Below, one piece after another: positions 61,640 to 64,000 of a DNA stretch of 64,000 nt. Position 1 is the stretch's first letter. Each line of letters begins with the position of its first letter. Source of the stretch: Octopus vulgaris (taxonomy: Eukaryota). Below the pieces are notes generated by a model. That model worked only from the letters and a program-made list of their open reading frames with translations. It ran no database searches and had not been told where the DNA came from. The DNA lies in contig OX597822.1 in NCBI GenBank assembly GCA_951406725.2, forward strand, positions 71,982,001 to 72,046,000. The letters are read 5' to 3'. Both the position numbers and the translations under genes were made by a program.

Positions 61640-62170
61640 CTGGAGTTGCTGTGTGGTGAAAAGTTTGCTTCTCAACCACATGGTTCTAGGTTCAGTCCCA
61701 CTGCATAGCACCTTGGGCAAGTGTCTTCTACTTTAAGCTGAGGCTGACCAAAGCTTTGTGAGTGCATTTTGTAGATAGATGGAAACTGAAAGAAGCCCAT
61801 TGTGTGTGTGTTTGTGAGAGAGCTTAAAAAAAAAAAAGTTAGTACTAAGGTTAATTCATTCAACCTAAATTTTTCAAGGCAGTGCCCCAGCATGACCGTA
61901 GTTTAGTATCTGAAACAAATAAAAGCTAGACTCATTTCTGTTGTGATTTCTCAATAATAGTAAGGCTACGAGCTGGCAGAATCGTTACCACGCCTTGCGA
62001 AATGCTTAGCGGTATTTTGTCTGTCTTTACATTTTCATTTCAAATTCCACCGATGTCGACTTTGACATCAGGGTCAATAAATTAAGTACTAGTTGTGTAC
62101 TGGAGTTGATCTAATCGACTGCCCCACCCACTCTTCAAAAATTTCTGGCCTTGTGCCTAGAGTACACAAG
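61640..62170 (+). mobile_element. Family A SINE (61640-61925) followed by a family B SINE (61964-62168)
   Basis: Recognisable heads and tails. Confidence 0.75.
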
Positions 62171-62692
62171 ATTTCTTAACAGTTGTACTTGTTGTTTCTA
62201 TGTTAACTTAGTATTTCCTGCTACAGTTTTCATCTAGTATTAAATTGAGATTCTGTTTATTCATGCAACGTTTTTGCTTAGTTTTAAATAGCAAATTGCT
62301 GTTTATTTTATTTTGTAATTGATTTTTTCTTATATGAAAGAAGTATATACTGATCTCTAAAATTTTCACTGAGGTGTTTGACCTATTTACAATATGTGCT
62401 TTCATTTCCTTTGCTTTATCCCTATCTCCATATATTCAATGTGTATAGATAATCTGTGTTTATACTAGTTCTTGTTCTTTAGCCTTGGGTCTGTTCTAAT
62501 CCAGTAAATGTTTGATCAGAAATGTTCCAGATGTGACTGTCTTGTTTTTTTTTTCTTTGGTTACATTGTGACCAGCTAGGATTACAAAACTTTGTGTTCA
62601 TTGTTTTTATGTTTTTAAGCCAGTAGAGTGTGATGTATTTGCTATTTTCAGCAAATGAAGCACCTCACTGTGTGTGTGTGTGTGTGTGTTTA

Positions 62693-63257
62693 CAGGGTTA
62701 TTCAAAAAGAACGAACCGATTTCATTATGCAATATTTTAATAAGGAAAAGCAATAGAAAACTCCAGCTAAGTCACAAGTATTTATTCACAATCATCTTTT
62801 ATTTCCTGTCTTACAAGTGTTCAATGTGGCCATCACCTATTGCACAGGCAGCATCAGTGCGATAAGAGAATTCCTCCCAGACGCGTATCTGCATATCACA
62901 ATCGACTGAGTTGATCGCTGTTGTTATTTGATATTTAAGGTCATCGAGGTTAGTGGGTAGCAGTGGAACATAAACACGATCTTTTACACATCCCCACGAG
63001 AAAAAAATCTTAAACATTGAATAACAACAGGGATCAACTCAGTGGATCTTGACATGCTGACACGTGTCTGGGAGGAATTCTCTTTGTCACATTGATGTTC
63101 CCCATGGCTGCAGGTGGTGGCCACATTGAACACTTGTGAGACAGGAAATAAAAGTTGATTGTGAGTAAATACTTGTAACTTAGCTGGAGTTTTCTATTGC
63201 TTTTCCTTATTAAAATATTGCATGATGAAATCAGTTCATTCTTTTTGAATAACCCTG
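62693..63257. mobile_element. Palindromic Tc1/mariner derivative built from two transposase 3' ends
   Basis: TA-CAGGGTTATTCAAAAAGAA ... TTCTTTTTGAATAACCCTG-TA. Each arm encodes ..RVWEEFS..G[D/G]GHIEHL* pointing outward; arms are about 250 bp. Confidence 0.85.
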
Positions 63258-63264
63258 TATTTAA

Positions 63265-63482
63265 CCCATTAGCGCCCATGATCCTTTTTTAGGACCAGCA
63301 GGATAATCCGTCATATTCTTGCAGCACTTGTATTTTTCTGAGATATCTTTAGTCATCCTGTCTGGAGTGTCTTTCAAATATTGTAATAATTTTTTTTTTT
63401 AAATATATTTAGTATCAGATAAAGTTGTATAAAAAAAAATTTTTGGTAATCAAATAAAAAAAAAAAAAAGGGCACTAATGGG
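63265..63482. mobile_element. piggyBac-type MITE
   Basis: TTAA-CCCATTAGCGCCC ... GGGCACTAATGGG. Confidence 0.7.
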
Positions 63483-63612
63483 TGTAAAATATTCTTATAA
63501 TTAATAACATTTGGTTATTATTTTCATTATGATTTATTTATGCGTTTAAAAATTATTGGAATAATTTTGAATTTAGCTTTAATTATTATTTTATTTTATT
63601 TTCTTTCTGCAG

Positions 63613-63735
63613 TTGAAGTTAAGAAAACAGAATATTGTACCGTAGAATTAACAGAAGAAAAATATCAAGCATTTGTTTATGCTGTTAAGAATCATTACTG
63701 GTACCAGATGTACATTGATGATCTACCAGTTTGGG
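63613..63735 (+). CDS. TM9SF3: Transmembrane 9 superfamily member 3, coding exon 3 (123 nt); gene continues beyond the window
   Basis: Acceptor ttctttctgcag, phase-1 join (G|TT = V). Encodes [41 protein letters not shown]; donor G|gtgagt. Confidence 0.96.
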
Positions 63736-64000
63736 GTGAGTATCCTACTTGGGTGCTTTGTATTCAAATATTTCAGATTTATTACACTTATAAAATTCTT
63801 TGAATTTAATTACATTCATAATCATCATCATCATCATCATCATCATCATATGTCTGTTTTTCATGCTGGTATGGATTGGACAGTTTGACCATCTGGAGAG
63901 TTGGACTACGTTCCAGTCTGATTTGGCATGGTTTCTGTGACTGGATACCCCTCCTATCACCAACCATATTACACCATGTACTGCGTATTTCTTACATGTC

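Overview
This is a eukaryotic, repeat-dense window. The SINE/LINE/MITE complement points to a coleoid cephalopod, most likely Octopus (inference from repeat families). One host gene is supported: the first three coding exons of TM9SF3 (+ strand; 22543-22623, 50256-50451, 63613-63735), separated by 27.6-kb and 13.2-kb introns. Exon 1 is missed by the ORF track and sits next to a compact, CpG-containing, possibly bidirectional promoter. The rest is mostly transposon debris: a CRE-like RLE fragment, a 2.3-kb CR1-group LINE, several 5'-truncated RTE LINEs, Penelope-like (PLE) fragments, mariner/Tigger/Chapaev3/hAT/piggyBac/Helentron-type pieces, many tRNA-derived SINEs and microsatellites. The most interesting signals are RNA-structural. 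(i) Several minimal PLE-type hammerhead ribozyme motifs occur, one with an intact core at 16299-16390. (ii) A tRNA-headed SINE-like element ends in a hammerhead-like PLE tail. (iii) The dominant SINE and the CR1-group LINE share a 3' hairpin with compensatory base changes. (iv) The same SINE head also occurs with an RTE tail. Repeat boundaries were read by eye and are approximate.
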